Shown in pieces: positions 40,837 through 53,700 of a stretch of 64,000 bases of DNA. This DNA comes from Octopus sinensis. Lineage: Eukaryota. The DNA is taken from the NCBI RefSeq assembly GCF_006345805.1, contig NC_043000.1, positions 134,354,001 to 134,418,000 of the forward strand. Reading direction: 5' to 3'. Numbering within the stretch: the first letter of the stretch is position 1; each line of letters starts with the position of its first letter. The translations under genes and the position numbers were made by a program. The notes beneath the pieces were generated by a model. It was not told the origin of the DNA. It saw nothing but the letters and a program-made list of their open reading frames with translations, and searched no databases.

Positions 40837-42210
40837 CTTCAGATACAACCAAAACCAATGTGAAGTTCTATTTCCAGCTTAAATTCATAATATCATCAAA
40901 TCTACTTTGTTTCTTAAGGACATAGAGTACAAAAATTCAGCTGAATATTTCAATAAGCATTTCTATAATATTTGCTGCAATTGCTATTTTTGTCCCAGGA
41001 AAATAATAAGCATGTTTGGATTCTTGTCTTTAACTCATTGTGATATCTGTATTCATCACTTGATTACCTTCAAGCTGCATATATATATATGTGTGTAATT
41101 CTTTGTTTCTTTATTGGCATTGGTAAATAAAAAAAAATCAATAAGTTACATGTTCAGAATGGTGCACTTGTTCATATTTCAATCTACTCAATTATGTAAG
41201 TGTCAAGGGCTGTTATAAAAAAAATTTCACAACATTAATATTGATTAAGAAATATTATTCAGAATGCTATTAATGCCATATAAATGTTTCCCAATTGCTA
41301 ACCTAATCTCATTCATACAAACGTTTAGTAACCCTTTACACAGATCAAAACTTCCTATTTTGAACTTCAGAAAGTAGTGACAGAGCTTTCAGCTTCTATA
41401 TTTTAAGATATTAAAGTGCTTTTCCTGATGATGTCCAGCAGTGTAAATTGATTGATCTATTCATCATTCACACAAATAAATTTTATTCTTGGATTATTTG
41501 GAAGAATTCATTCAAATTTATTGTCTTCACAAGTACCCAGCATTTATCATTTTAAACACTTATCACTTTTTTTCTTTTTGGTTAAAATTTATATTGACGT
41601 TAGTTAAACTGTTACATGGAACACTAGAGAGTAGAAGAGTTGGAGAATTGCAGTTGACTGTTTCAACCTTTCTCCCTCGCACCACCACCACTCCTTTCAG
41701 GAAATTTCTGCATTTAACAGGTGAAGATATAGCCACAGTAGCAAGAAATTTGCTTCACAACCATGTGGTTTCTGGTTCAGTACCACTCTGCAGCACCTTG
41801 GGTAGGTGTCTTCCACTATAGCCCCAGGCCAACCAATGCCTTGTGAATGAATTAAGTAGACAGTAACAATGCCCATTATGTGTGTGTATTTATGTTTGTC
41901 CCCCACTGCTTGACAACTGGTGTTGGTTTGTTTACATTCTCATAATTAGTGGTTCACCGAAAAAGAGACTAGCAGAAAAGGTACTAGACATAAAGATATA
42001 TAAATACAGGAATCAATTTGATGAACTAAACATTTCAAAACAGTACCTAAACATGGCCACATGAAATAAGTAAAATAATAAAATAAATATAAATAACTAT
42101 CATAAAAGGAAAGTCCTCAGTAGGTGAATATCAACTTAGCTACAAGATCTGATTTTTTTTTTTCATGATAGTTATTATAATTATATACTTTGAAGAAAAA
42201 AAATCTTTAG

Positions 42211-42601
42211 TTGTGTGGTAAGTAGCTTGTTTACAAACCACATGGTTCCGGATTCAGTCCCACGGCGTGGCACCTTGAGCAAGTGTCTTCTATTATAGCC
42301 TCGGGTCGACCAAAGCCTTGTGAGTGGATTTGGTAGATGGAAACAGAAAGAAGCCCATCGTATATATGTATATATACATGTGTGTGTATATGTTAGTGTC
42401 TGTGTTTGTCCCCCCCAGCATCGCTTGACAACCGATGCTGGTGTGTTTACGTCCCCATAACTTAGCGGTTCGGCAAAAGAGACCGATAGAATAAGTACTA
42501 GGCTTACAAAGAATAAGTCCCGGGGTCGATTTGCTCAACTAAATGCGGTGCTCCAGCATGGCCATAGTCAAATGACTGAAACAAGTAGAAGAGTAAAAGA
42601 G
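42211..42601 (+). mobile_element. SINE family A, slightly 5' truncated
   Basis: Colinear with the consensus. Confidence 0.9.
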
Positions 42602-43323
42602 AAAGATACACAAAAATTTTTCAAATACTTTTGGAATTTATAATGTTAGACAATGATATATCATCAACAGACTTTGACAAGTTTAGTATATTATTTTACA
42701 AATAATACAGATAGACTCTTAAAGAAGAATTCAACTCAACTTTGAGTGATTTATAAGTATCAAAAAAGGTCAGTGACTTCTGACTATCTTTTTATGTACT
42801 TTCCTTACATAATTCAGATGCTAAACTTTTTAACCTCTGTCTGATACAAAGATTTTTATCTGCTTAAGCTTACACCAACATTTACAATTTTATCACATTT
42901 AACCCAACCAGTATTTCTCTACCTTTCATACTTGTATAGCTTAGTTCTCTTTTCACTGAACTGTGTTTTAGAAACAAACATCTTTTCACATAATTTGAAA
43001 GAAAAAAAAGAAGGGGAGAAGAATTTTTAATCAGTGGCTTTAATATTACTATTATTATTATCCATATTTTCTTGTACTATCCCATCCAGCATGTACCTGC
43101 CTCTTACATAAATTAGTTCCCCCCACTATGTTGAATTTTTATGGGAATTTCTAAAAAAATGTAAATTATATAATGAAATTATATTGGATCTTGGTGTATC
43201 ATCAGTCATACACAATATCCCATTCATATTCTAACCCCAACAAAGATATTTTTTAAAATATTTTGAAAACATAAGCATTTGTACCTGGTTTCTAAGAAAA
43301 ATTACAACCCCTATAGTACCCGC

Positions 43324-43709
43324 TTTACTCTTTTACTTGTTTCAGTCATTTGACTGTAGCCATGCCGGAGCACTGCCTTTAGTCAAGCAAATTGACCCCA
43401 GGACTTATTCTTTGTAAGCCTAGTACTTATTCTATTGGTCCCTTTTGCTGAACCGCTAAGTTACGGGGACCTAAACACACCAGCATCAGTTGTCAAGAGA
43501 TGTTGGAGGACACACACACACATATATATATATATACATATATATAGGACGGGCTTCTTTCAGTTTCCGTCTACAAATTCCACTCACAAGGCTTTGGTCG
43601 GCCCGAGGCTATAGTAGAAGACACTTGCCCAAGATGCCACGCAGTGGGACTGAACCCAGAACCATATGGTTGATACACAAGCTACTGACCACACAGCCAC
43701 GCCTACGCC
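43324..43709 (-). mobile_element. SINE family A, full length
   Basis: Reverse complement of the consensus. Confidence 0.9.
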
Positions 43710-44469
43710 CTCTTGACATTTTCCATCCCTTGTAAACTTCCAGTGGAATATTAGCTGCCCAGGCTAAGAAACACTGTATTAGAGCAACAATAGTTGTTTG
43801 GGATTTGGTAGAGTTAAACAGAAGAACGTAACAGCTGCTTTACTCACGTAGTGAGTTCCTGCCTAATAAATTAGATTTGATTTTCTTTAATTGTAAAGGA
43901 AAGTTCCAAATTAATTATTCTGGCAACACTAAATTCTAACAACAGATAACAGGAACAAGAACATACAGACACAAGATTTATTACTGCTGTGCCAAGGAAT
44001 CCAATGAACCAACAAGGTAACTTTTACATAGATTTGGCTTCTATTCTCATCAACTTCATCATTTAATGTCCACTTTTCCATGCTTGCATGGGTCAGATGG
44101 AATTTGTTGAGGCAGATTTTCAACAATTTGGATGCTTTTCCTGTCACCAACCTCCATCTGTTTCCAAGCAAGTAATATTTCCCATGGCCAGACATGGAAG
44201 ACTGGAAACAAACAATATGGTTGTTTGCAACTATGTGATATCAAAACAAGGGTATACACACACATACACACACACATGATGGTCTTCTTTCAGTTTCTGT
44301 CTACCAAATCCACTCACAAGGCTTTGGTTGGCCCAAGGTGCCATGCAATGGCATTGAACCCAAGACCACATGGTTGGGAAGCAAGTTCTTAACCATATAG
44401 CCAATGTACCTGATATGTTGAATGAAGGTTACATTTCTTTTACTATCTAAATCTTAGAATATGTTTGTT

Positions 44470-44749
44470 CCTTCTCAAGCCACGCCTGGCTCATAAGGGC
44501 CAGTTTCCTGGTTTCCTTGGCGTATAGGTTCCCCACCTGGACGGGATGCCGGTGCGTCGCAGGTGAGCTGCAAGATGCAGGAGGAAAGACTGAGAGAAAG
44601 TTGTGGCGAAAGAGTCAGCAGAAGTTTGCCGTTACCTTCTGCCGGAGCCGTGTGGAGCTTAGGTGTTTCGCTCATAAACACACACATCGCTTGGTCTGAG
44701 ATTCGAACCCGCGAGTCCGCTGCTCTAACCACTAGGCCATGTGCCTCCA
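44470..44749 (-). mobile_element. tRNA-derived SINE with Meta-domain-like 3' part
   Basis: Reverse complement of 27556-27840 with a short deletion in the tRNA part. Confidence 0.7.
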
Positions 44750-45009
44750 CAAATCTTAGAATAGCATACATAGTATCTTTAGATGACTATAGTTAGGTTA
44801 GTCAAATGTTTTCTCTGATCAACTACATATCTACTGAAAGTCTGCTGGAGCAAAGCTGGCTAAGGCTATTGCATTTACCAACAGCAGCAACACTAAGAAC
44901 AACTATATGTGAACATTATAGAGCCATCGACTAATACAACAGAAACTAACACGGCAGGGATAAATGCCATATGATGGAGACATACAACACAACACAGACT
45001 AATTTTGAA

Positions 45010-45010
45010 A

Positions 45011-45043
<33 letters not shown>

Positions 45044-45110
45044 AGTGGTGATGATGATAGTGGTGATGATGATGATGATAGTGATGATGATAGTGATGAT
45101 GATGATGATT
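45010..45110. repeat. (GAT)n / (AGT)n trinucleotide tract
   Basis: Seen directly. Confidence 0.9.
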
Positions 45111-45704
45111 ATAAGATCTTTAGTACTTTTTAAATTATAGTAATTTTTAGAGAGAAAGAAAAAAGTATTAGCAAAACTATCATTTAAGAAATTTTCAGAA
45201 AGATTCCTCAGAGCAGATTGTAAAGGTTTATAATGCAAAATATCAAAAAAAAAAATGGAACTATGACATTTCAAAGACATTCAAGAAAAACATCTTTACT
45301 TGAGTATTTACAGCAATTACCAAAACTCTTGAAGTACTGATGCTGCTAAAATGTGATACTAATTTCTATTTAAGTTTCAGTGTTTCCACTTTCAGCTTTA
45401 ATTTCCATCAATGGACCCATTTCATCTTTCTTACTATTTAGAAACTTCATATTTCGTTTTCTTTGTTGATAAAAGCATGGAGTAGGTTCAACTAGTGTTA
45501 ATACGAATTATTGAAGCAGGTGCTTTATAGTTTGATAATTAACTACTCAACAACGAATAGGCAATTACACATATTTATTAGTTCTTTCTTCTTTGAATAT
45601 ATTACAGTTGAAATCTTTCTCAAAGCCTCAAATCTCCAATGCATTCAAACACACACACACACACACACACAATATGCAAACATATACACATACACATATG
45701 TGTA

Positions 45705-46126
45705 GGTCCAGGAGTGGCTGTGTGGTAAGTAGCTTGCTAACCAACCACATGGTTCCGGGTTCAATCCCACTCCGTGGCATCTTGGGCAAGTGTCTTCTGC
45801 TATAGCCCCGGGCCGACCAATGCCTTGTGAGTGGATTTGGTAGACAGAAACTGAAAGAAGCCCGTCCTATATATATGTATATATATGTATGTGTGTGTGT
45901 TTGTGTGTCTGTGTTTGTCTCCCTAGCATTGCTTGACAACCGATGCTGGTGTGTTTACGTCCCCGTCACTTAGCGGTTCGACAAAAGAGACCGATAGAAT
46001 AAGTACTGGGCTTACAAAGAATAAGTCCCGGAGTCGATTTGCTCGACTAAAGGCGGTGCTCCAGCATGGCCGCAGTCAAATGACTGAAACAAGTAAAAGA
46101 GTAAAAGAGTAAAAAAGTAAAGAGTA
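45705..46126 (+). mobile_element. SINE family A, full length
   Basis: Colinear with the consensus, extended tail repeats. Confidence 0.9.
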
Positions 46127-47422
46127 ATACACAGATTAGATATAAACATTTTCTACAAAATTCCTAAAAGATCACTGTATAGATTTGCTCGTCATCTTTT
46201 CAGTTACTTTCAAAATAATTACAGAAGATTCCTAGTTAACTCTCTGCCGCCCATATATGAAGAAAGCAAAAACACTAAGCAAAATGCAGTCAGCATGAAA
46301 ATATTCATTTGAATTATGAAAATTAGACAGACTGTCTCGAAATTTAGACAAACTGTCTTGATGTATAATTTAAATTGTGAAGATGACAGCATCACTAGGC
46401 ATGATTAAGCTACAAATGATACTTTATAAAAACATCACACATAACATCATTAGCAAGTAATAACATTTGTGGTGGTGGTGATGGCCAAATAAATATTAGC
46501 ATTTATAATACCATAAAAATCATTCTTAAAATATCAACAAAATTTACTGAAAAGGGAAAAATAAAAAGAAATATAGTCATGATAATGAAATGAAAATACA
46601 ATTAATAAATGAATGAAGCATAACAAATATGAAATTATTAATCCTGAAGTGAACTAGCAAATAATACTTGATTTTAGCTGCTCTTCCATGTCACCCAAAT
46701 GATTGCCCCACTCCTACTTTTACTTCCTGCCATACTCCTACTCTTCCTAATTACAAATTCCACTTTGATAAATTCAGAACCTAGACAAGCTATCGACACC
46801 TTATCTGCCATGTTTCATAGCAAAGCAAAGCACAGGAATAACCAAATAAAATTGGATTTTAATTCAAAAATGGTGCAAGGGGAATGTTTGTGTGAGAGAG
46901 AGAGAGAGAGAGAGGAGTGTGTGTGTGTGCATGGATCCATGTGACTAGGGATATCTGTGTGTGTGTGTTTGTGTTAATGTAGTAGCTGTGTTTCTATGTA
47001 TATGTAAGAGAAGAGAAAGAGGCAAAAACATAGTGTTTCTGTGTGCTTGTGTGTGTGTGTGTGTGTGTGTACACTTGTGTGTGTGTGTGTCCCTGATGTG
47101 AGTTCCATCAGGTTTTACTTTAGCAACAGACTGTTTTAATTTAGAAAAATTTTCTTCAATAACAAAGGAAATTCATATTAAAGGCTTGTTCACCAAGTAA
47201 GTTGAGAAAGAGAGAGAGATTGAGAGAAAGAGAAAGAGAAAAAGAGAAAGAGAGAGAGAAGAGAGAAAGCATCTAACTTTTCTTGGTGCTCCTACTAATT
47301 TTCTTTTCTTCCTCCCACCCTTCTTCCAAAGAATGTGGCAACAGGGCTTTAGCTATTAGCAGAGAATCCAGTGAACACCTCCAAAATTACTTTTCAAACA
47401 TGTTTCTCATTTCTTTTACATC

Positions 47423-48248
47423 TATCATCTGGCCCTGTTTTCTCACTCAATAGCAGGAAGGTGATACCTAGCGTAATACATGCCCAAAAAACCATGAATG
47501 GAAACAAATTGGGGAAGAAAATTTTCTCCACTCAGACAGAATCTAATCTTGCCATCCCATTTGCTTCTGTGACTGTTTTCAAACACCAATACAGAACAAA
47601 GTGAGAGATTCTGTGAGATTTAAAACTCAATATTATTGAAATATATAATATTACAAGATCTCAAAATATATATATAACATTTTTTTTAATAATAATTCTC
47701 TAAATGAGATATAGACAGTAACTGCTCCATAACATAAGGGACTAAAGCCATCTGAATATGGCTAGGGACAGGGCAGGGTGGTGGGGGTGTTACTGTTGCA
47801 TTTAGCCCCAGGCGAACATAAAATGTTTTACTTGTTTCAGTCACTGAACTGTGGCCATACTGGAGCACTGCTTTGAAGGGCTCAGCCAAACAAATTGTAA
47901 AAATGTAAAAATATCATCTGGCCCTGTTTTCTCACTCAATAGCAGGAAGGTGATACCTAGCGTAATACATGCCCAAAAAACCATGAATGGAAACAAATTG
48001 GGAAGAAAATTCTCCACTCAGACAGAATCTAATCTTGCCATCACATTTGCTTCTGTGACTGTTTTCAAACACCAATACAGAACAAAATGAGAGATTCTGT
48101 GAGATTTAAAACTCAATATTATTGAAATGTATAATATTACAAGAGCTCAAAATATATATAACATTTTTTTTTAATGTTTTACTTGTTTCAGTCACTGAAC
48201 TGTGGCCATACTGGAGCACTGCTTTGAAGGGCTCAGCCAAACAAATTG
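47423..48248. repeat. Local duplication, ~340 bp shared, first copy with an extra ~130 bp
   Basis: 47423-47689 matches 47912-48175; 47821-47897 matches 48174-48248. Confidence 0.9.
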
Positions 48249-48550
48249 ACCCCAGGAATTATTTTATATTTGATATTTATTCTGTCAATCTCCTTTGACG
48301 AAATTACAGGGATGTAAACAAGCTAACACCAGTTGCCAAGTGGTGGTGGTCGTGGAAAGAAACACAAACGCATATCTACATACATATATAAATATATGGA
48401 TATATATATATATATACATATGCATGCATCTACACACATATATATAGTCAAATTGAATGACTGAACATTAAAAATAAAAATAACAAAACAACAAGAGGAC
48501 ATACACATGGAATGTATTAGCTTGACGGTCAGTAAAAAGAGAGGGATTTT

Positions 48551-48577
48551 GACGTTTCAAGCATAGCTCTTCGTCAG
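48551..48577 (-). ncRNA. Minimal type I hammerhead ribozyme core, stem I disrupted
   Basis: Minus strand CUGACGA-a-gagc uau gcuu-GAAAC-GUC; core intact, but the flanks (cccu / aaaa) give only 1 bp of stem I. Confidence 0.7.
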
Positions 48578-48621
48578 AGGGGAAAACGGAAAAGTCCAGA
48601 GAAGGAAAATTATCACCGAAG

Positions 48622-48654
<33 letters not shown>

Positions 48655-48775
48655 TATATAATATATATATATATAAGTTAATCCAAACAAGAAAGCACAA
48701 AAAAACACAACAACGCAGGGACGTGGAACAAATATAGTATTATTGAATGCTCAGGAAAGGAAAGAAGGAGGGTTT

Positions 48776-48802
48776 AACGTTTCGAGCGGAGCTCTTCGTC
48801 AG
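48776..48802 (-). ncRNA. Minimal type I hammerhead ribozyme core, best-preserved copy
   Basis: Minus strand reads guuu-CUGACGA-a-gagc ucc gcuc-GAAAC-GUU-aaac: core boxes intact, 4-bp stem II, 4-bp stem I (just outside these coordinates), palindromic ACGU stem III typical of Penelope-associated minimal hammerheads. Confidence 0.8.
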
Positions 48803-49109
48803 AAACGTAGGAGAAGGAAAGATCAAGAGAAGGGAAGACAGAGGAAAAATAATCGCCAACGGTACACACGAGGTCACATTTGTATATATGTTACACACAC
48901 ATCAAATTCACTTACCCCCATGCACACATACACAAGCTTGTGCACCTCCTCTTGTTGGGATCACCATGAATTAATTCCCCTTCATTCAACCTCTCTTTCA
49001 TATTATCTCACTTTCATTCAGCCTCTTTTCTTCCAATTATTCGCCATGTTGGACCACTGAATTCAACACGTTTTGCTTTCATTCTCTATTTATTAACTCT
49101 TATTCTTTT

Positions 49110-49138
49110 TTGTCAAAGGGCATAGGCTTGAAATGTAA
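49110..49138 (+). ncRNA. Heavily decayed hammerhead core, inverted copy of the same element
   Basis: ttgtcaa-a-gggc atag gctt-gaaatgta aligns to CTGACGA-A-stemII-GAAACGTH; flanks resemble the reverse complement of the 48470-48878 units. Confidence 0.45.
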
Positions 49139-49233
49139 AAGAATTTTCCATTTTTCCCGAGCATCACACTTGCTTGTTGTTCCTACATCTGTTTTCGTCT
49201 TTGTTTTTCTATAAATATGAACTATATACATAT

Positions 49234-49436
49234 ATCATCATCATCATAATCGTTTAACGTCCGTTTTCCATGCTAGCACGGGTTGGATGGTTTGACCGGG
49301 GTCTGGGAAGCCAGGGGCTGCACCAGGCTCCAGTCTGATCTGGCAGAGTTTCTACAGCTGGATGCCCTTCCTAACGCCAACCACTCCACGAGTGTAGTGG
49401 GTGCTTTTTACGTGCCACCTGCACAGGTGCCAGGGG
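49234..49436 (-). mobile_element. Family B element
   Basis: Reverse complement of family B. Confidence 0.8.
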
Positions 49437-50116
49437 TGGGGGGGATGCAACAGCTTTCCACCAGAATTTCCAAGTTCACTCACAATGCATTGGTCAGTCC
49501 AGGACTATAATACAAATGCTTACCCAATGTGCAATGGGATTGAACCGGAAACCACATGGTTGTAAAGTAAGCTTCTTACACATGCCAGCACCTGAACCCA
49601 CATTTAATTGACATTATGCTTGTTCTTAGATACACACACACACACACACAGGGTAATAATATGGAAGAGTTCTTAACTTCACCTGAAAATCATGTAGCTC
49701 CAAATCTTAATTCCACAGCATGTCAATTGGGGCAAGCGTCTTCTCTACCATAGACTCAGATCAGTCAAAGGTTTCAGTGAAAACTGTGTGAAAGCACATC
49801 AGGTGTATATAAGCGGAATGGTGGTGGTGATAACGATGATAACAATGATGATGTGTGTGTGTATATGTACACACAAAATCCCATGTGGAATTTGACTGTA
49901 CAAGTTACACTCCTTTTGGCTCTGGCTGGCTCTGCCTGTCATCTCTTAAGAAAGCAATAATGTAAGTACCAGATAAAGGCGCTAGCCGTCTTGTAGTCTA
50001 GTAATCAACTGAAACCAGTAAATGATTAAAAGAATATGTGCACACACACATGTATGTATGTATGTATATATGTATGCATGTATGTGTGTGTGTGTGTATT
50101 GAGGTATATATATGTG

Positions 50117-50165
<49 letters not shown>

Positions 50166-50519
50166 CACACACACACACACACACACAATCACAGACATAC
50201 ATATATACAAAAACACACCCATATCTACACACACACACACACCACACAGAGTAACAGGTAAGGGCTGGTAGCAGGAAAGGGCAGATGCTTGTGAGAGTTA
50301 GCATCAAATTAAGAAAGGTATTTAGCCTACAGAAAGATATCCATGAGGACCTGGTTTTCAATCGTCTCCTCTTATTAAAGTTCACTCTGTAATAACAGAG
50401 GAGTTTATAGCTGTCTATCTGTAAGACACCTAATTCTCAACCAAATCAGAAGACTTAGAGAAGCAGTTGTGTACGCGAAAGCTATGGCCTAAATACCAAC
50501 ATAGCAAATAAAAAAAGTT

Positions 50520-50730
50520 TTAGGTAACTAGAAAGACTACAATTTGGGAAGTGGCTGTGCTCAAAAATGAAGGAAAGAGCTAAGAAGGATCTCTACATTA
50601 AATGTTTGTGCAAACTTTGGGTGCACAAATGATGCAGTGAGATCCCAGGTGGGCTGACAAATAGCAAGGAGTTTGTATGTAAATGATGCACATTAGTTAA
50701 CAATAAGTGCACACAAGAAATAAATCCCAG
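50520..50730 (+). mobile_element. Decayed RTE LINE ORF2 fragment, Cys-rich insertion region
   Basis: Remnants GKWLCSK.. and CKLWVHK*CSEIPGGLTNSKEFVCK*C match the W.C..C / C..C..W.HK.C / F.C..C pattern I recall from some RTEs. Confidence 0.55.
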
Positions 50731-53700
50731 CAGGCTTGCTAGAAATAGCTGATAGCTTCTATCAATTAGGAAACTCTTCCCCTACCCCCACCCATGCTAA
50801 CCTACATCCCCACCTTCTCTCTCTCTCTCATATATCCACCTGTACACAATATGTCCCTGCTGAGTTTTTTTCCTTACAGCACCCCTCCCTCTACCTGTGC
50901 CCACTCATTACAACCCCTCCCACCATCTATTTTCACAGTCTCATGAACTCACCTACTCACTGTCACATCCCCCCCCCATCTTCTCTCTCATTTTTTCACT
51001 TTACCCTTTCTCTCCACTCTGTCCCCATCTGAAGCAGTCATGTTTCCCTCTAATGCAAAACTCTCTTTTCTGTCCCCTAACATTATTCCCTGCCTCAGTT
51101 GAGAGGTTTTGTCTCACAAGTTACTTGGACTTCATTGCTGCTGGTGCCATGTGAAAAGCACCCAGTACAATCTGCAAAGTGGTTGGTGTTAGGAAGGGCA
51201 TCAGCTATAAAAACCATACCAAAGCAGACAGTAGGGATTGGTGAAGTCTTTTTGACTCGCCAGTTCCTATGGAACTGTCCGACCCATGCCAGCATGGAAA
51301 ACAGATATTAAATGAGGAGAAAAAAGAGGAAGAGGTGGATGACACGTATACTGCAACTGTAAGCTGCAATTTGCTCCATCTTTCCATTCATGGTGTGGGG
51401 TGGTTTATGATATATTTCCTTGTCAAACATAGATTGCATTATTTTGAACCATTACTAGATAGAGTGGCTCTCTCTCAAAATCTACCAATTGATGTTGGTA
51501 GACCCAACTTTTGTTTTTACCAGATGTATTTGGAGAGGAATGTAGTGGGTTTTTTTTTTTGTTTTGTTTTGTTTTGTAATGGTGTTTGAAAGAGCTCCTT
51601 ATGTTGATATAGTTGGCTCTTTAAAATGCTTTCTACTTTGCTTTATTCTTTAAAAGAATATTATTTTCTTATTCTTGTAACATGTTACTGGGAGCCAGAT
51701 AGTAGTAGGCTTATCAAAAATGATTATAAACACAGATAGAATGATAAGATAGTAATTTTGAGGTCTGAAATGCCAGCATTCTTGCTCCTCTCAGGAAAAG
51801 AAGTAGTAAATGCTTTTACACAGGAATGTGTTCATTCAAAGTACAATACAAAGAAGAAGAATGTCAATTTTATTGCTTTTACACAGGAATGCACTCATTC
51901 AAAACATGAGGTAAAGATGGATAATGCCTGTTTTATTTCAAGATAAGTTAGCAACTTAATTATTATAACCTGGAACTAATAACTGATTAAGAAGCAGTTT
52001 ATAACTTTTTAAAGCCTTTCCTTTTAATTGGATATAACGTTGCTTCAAAAGAACTATGGTACTTTGGGTATTTTTTAACACATGCATACATCTATCTAAG
52101 TCCAATCCCTGCACAAGCTTTTAGGCATGTCCAATTTCTTTTCCCAATTTTCGGGTTTAGGTAAAGACTCTGGAAGGTGGGGATGAGAATTAATGCAATA
52201 ATCCTGTTAGAAGTTAGATAGAGAAAAAAGAAAAGAATTTTGGATATTTATGGTTAAATGCAGTAATTTCTTTTTTATCTAACGGAATCATAATTACATG
52301 ACATGTCTATAACTTAGAAATACCATGAAGAAAAGTTAGTCTTGTCAGATATGAAACATGTTTTACTGTCATTCTCAATTAAAACATTGACTAGAAACTG
52401 TTATACTTACTCAAATTTGACAGAGTTATTGACTAAGTAAACTGCTGCCTACATTATAAGATCTGACAAATAACGATTAAAAACATATCAATTGCTCAGA
52501 GTTTAATTTATGCATAGCTTAATTACTGCTACAATAGTGCTGCCACCAATATACCTCCACATGAATCCTTCCTTCAAATTAATATATTTATCTTTCTAAA
52601 CATTTTCCAATATTGCTAAAATGGCGGGGGAGGGAGGGAGAAAGAAGGAAAGAAAAAAAAACATGGAAGGAGAAAAAAATATGAAAATCAAGTTTCTGAG
52701 TAATTGCCTTGAATCATAGAGATAAGATGCCAGAGCCCCCTAGCCACAAAATAAAAAAAAAAAAATCAATTACATTTGAAGATATCTATTTTTTCACAAA
52801 CATTCACAGTGGTAGTTTCTTTATGTTGCAATAATTATGTTTCTTGTTCCTCAAGCCTTTCCAATTACAGCAAAGAAAAACATTTGCATTTTTTTTTCCC
52901 AGTTTTATTTATTTATTTTTGCGTGCTTGATGCATCAGCATTGCTTAATTACATTCTATAAAACCATGAGATCAGTTAGAAACTATAAGAAAAAATATAT
53001 ACCATCACCAAATGAGAAGATGGTGTCAAAGTAGAAAAAATATGACATATTATGATGCACTTGTTAACTAAAATATCCATCTACTAGCAGCAAAAGCATA
53101 TAATCTCAAACTAAATCTCGACTTAGTATTAATGCATCTCACCACATTTATCACAAAGTGCAGAGATTTCTTTGCTATTACATGAAATGTTAAAGCTCCA
53201 AACTAGAAAATTTCTTGCTTTTACTGTTTGATTTTATTTACAATAGATGTTATATTTTTACCTCTAAATAAATAAATACATCACTTCATACTCTTTCTGG
53301 CCTCGAATTTTATGGAAGGGAGCTAGTCAATTACATCAACCCCAGTGCTCAGCTGGTACTTATTTTATTGACCCTGAGCAAATGAAAGGCAAGTCAATTT
53401 CGCAGAATTTCAATTCCTAACATAATACCAAAAGAAATGCTGTGAAGCATTTCGTCTGCCAGCTCACCACCTTAATATATCGAAATATATAAAACTAGTA
53501 GATATCTGTACAATAGGTGTGGATACATAAATCAATTTTAAATATTTTCTTTATTAAGTGTAAAGATAGTTTATTATGCAAAAATATTGGAGAAAGCATA
53601 GCAAAATGTTTATGATTTTCCCATGAAAATGTCAACTACATCAACTGGTTATGTGGAGGTTAACATAAAATTACTTGATATAATAGAGGCAGGCATGGAT

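Larger units (their letters stand above)
48470..48878 (-). mobile_element. Two tandem ~150-200 bp Penelope-like terminal-repeat / retrozyme-like units separated by (TA)n
   Basis: Two loosely homologous units, each with a CTGACGAAG..GAAACGT hammerhead core and similar purine-rich flanks (gaaagtccagagaagg / gaaagatcaagagaagg); no ORF. Confidence 0.65.

Noticed and set aside
43490-43735. Recurrent ORFs such as [28 protein letters not shown]
   Set aside because: Frames through SINE family A copies; recurrence reflects the repeat, not a gene family.
43848-43862. 15-nt microexon candidate within the inverted repeat actcac-gta-gtgagt
   Set aside because: Weak acceptor; the motif gives a donor on both strands and is short enough to be chance.
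46699-46944. ORF with signal-peptide-like start MIAPLLLLLPAILLLFLI
   Set aside because: Arises from a CT-rich low-complexity stretch, runs into microsatellites, no homology recognised.
47585-47630. Minus-strand ..VLYC|gt ending resembling the missing upstream RAPGEF exon
   Set aside because: Upstream residues (LSFKSHRISHF) do not match the expected VRYE.H.AN; lies in a duplicated segment.
47371-48090. Same peptide (SSGPVFSLNSRKVIP..) in two ORFs
   Set aside because: Explained by the recent local duplication.
49970-50008. Good minus-strand acceptor followed by a short exon-like stretch
   Set aside because: Stops in all three frames and a weak donor.
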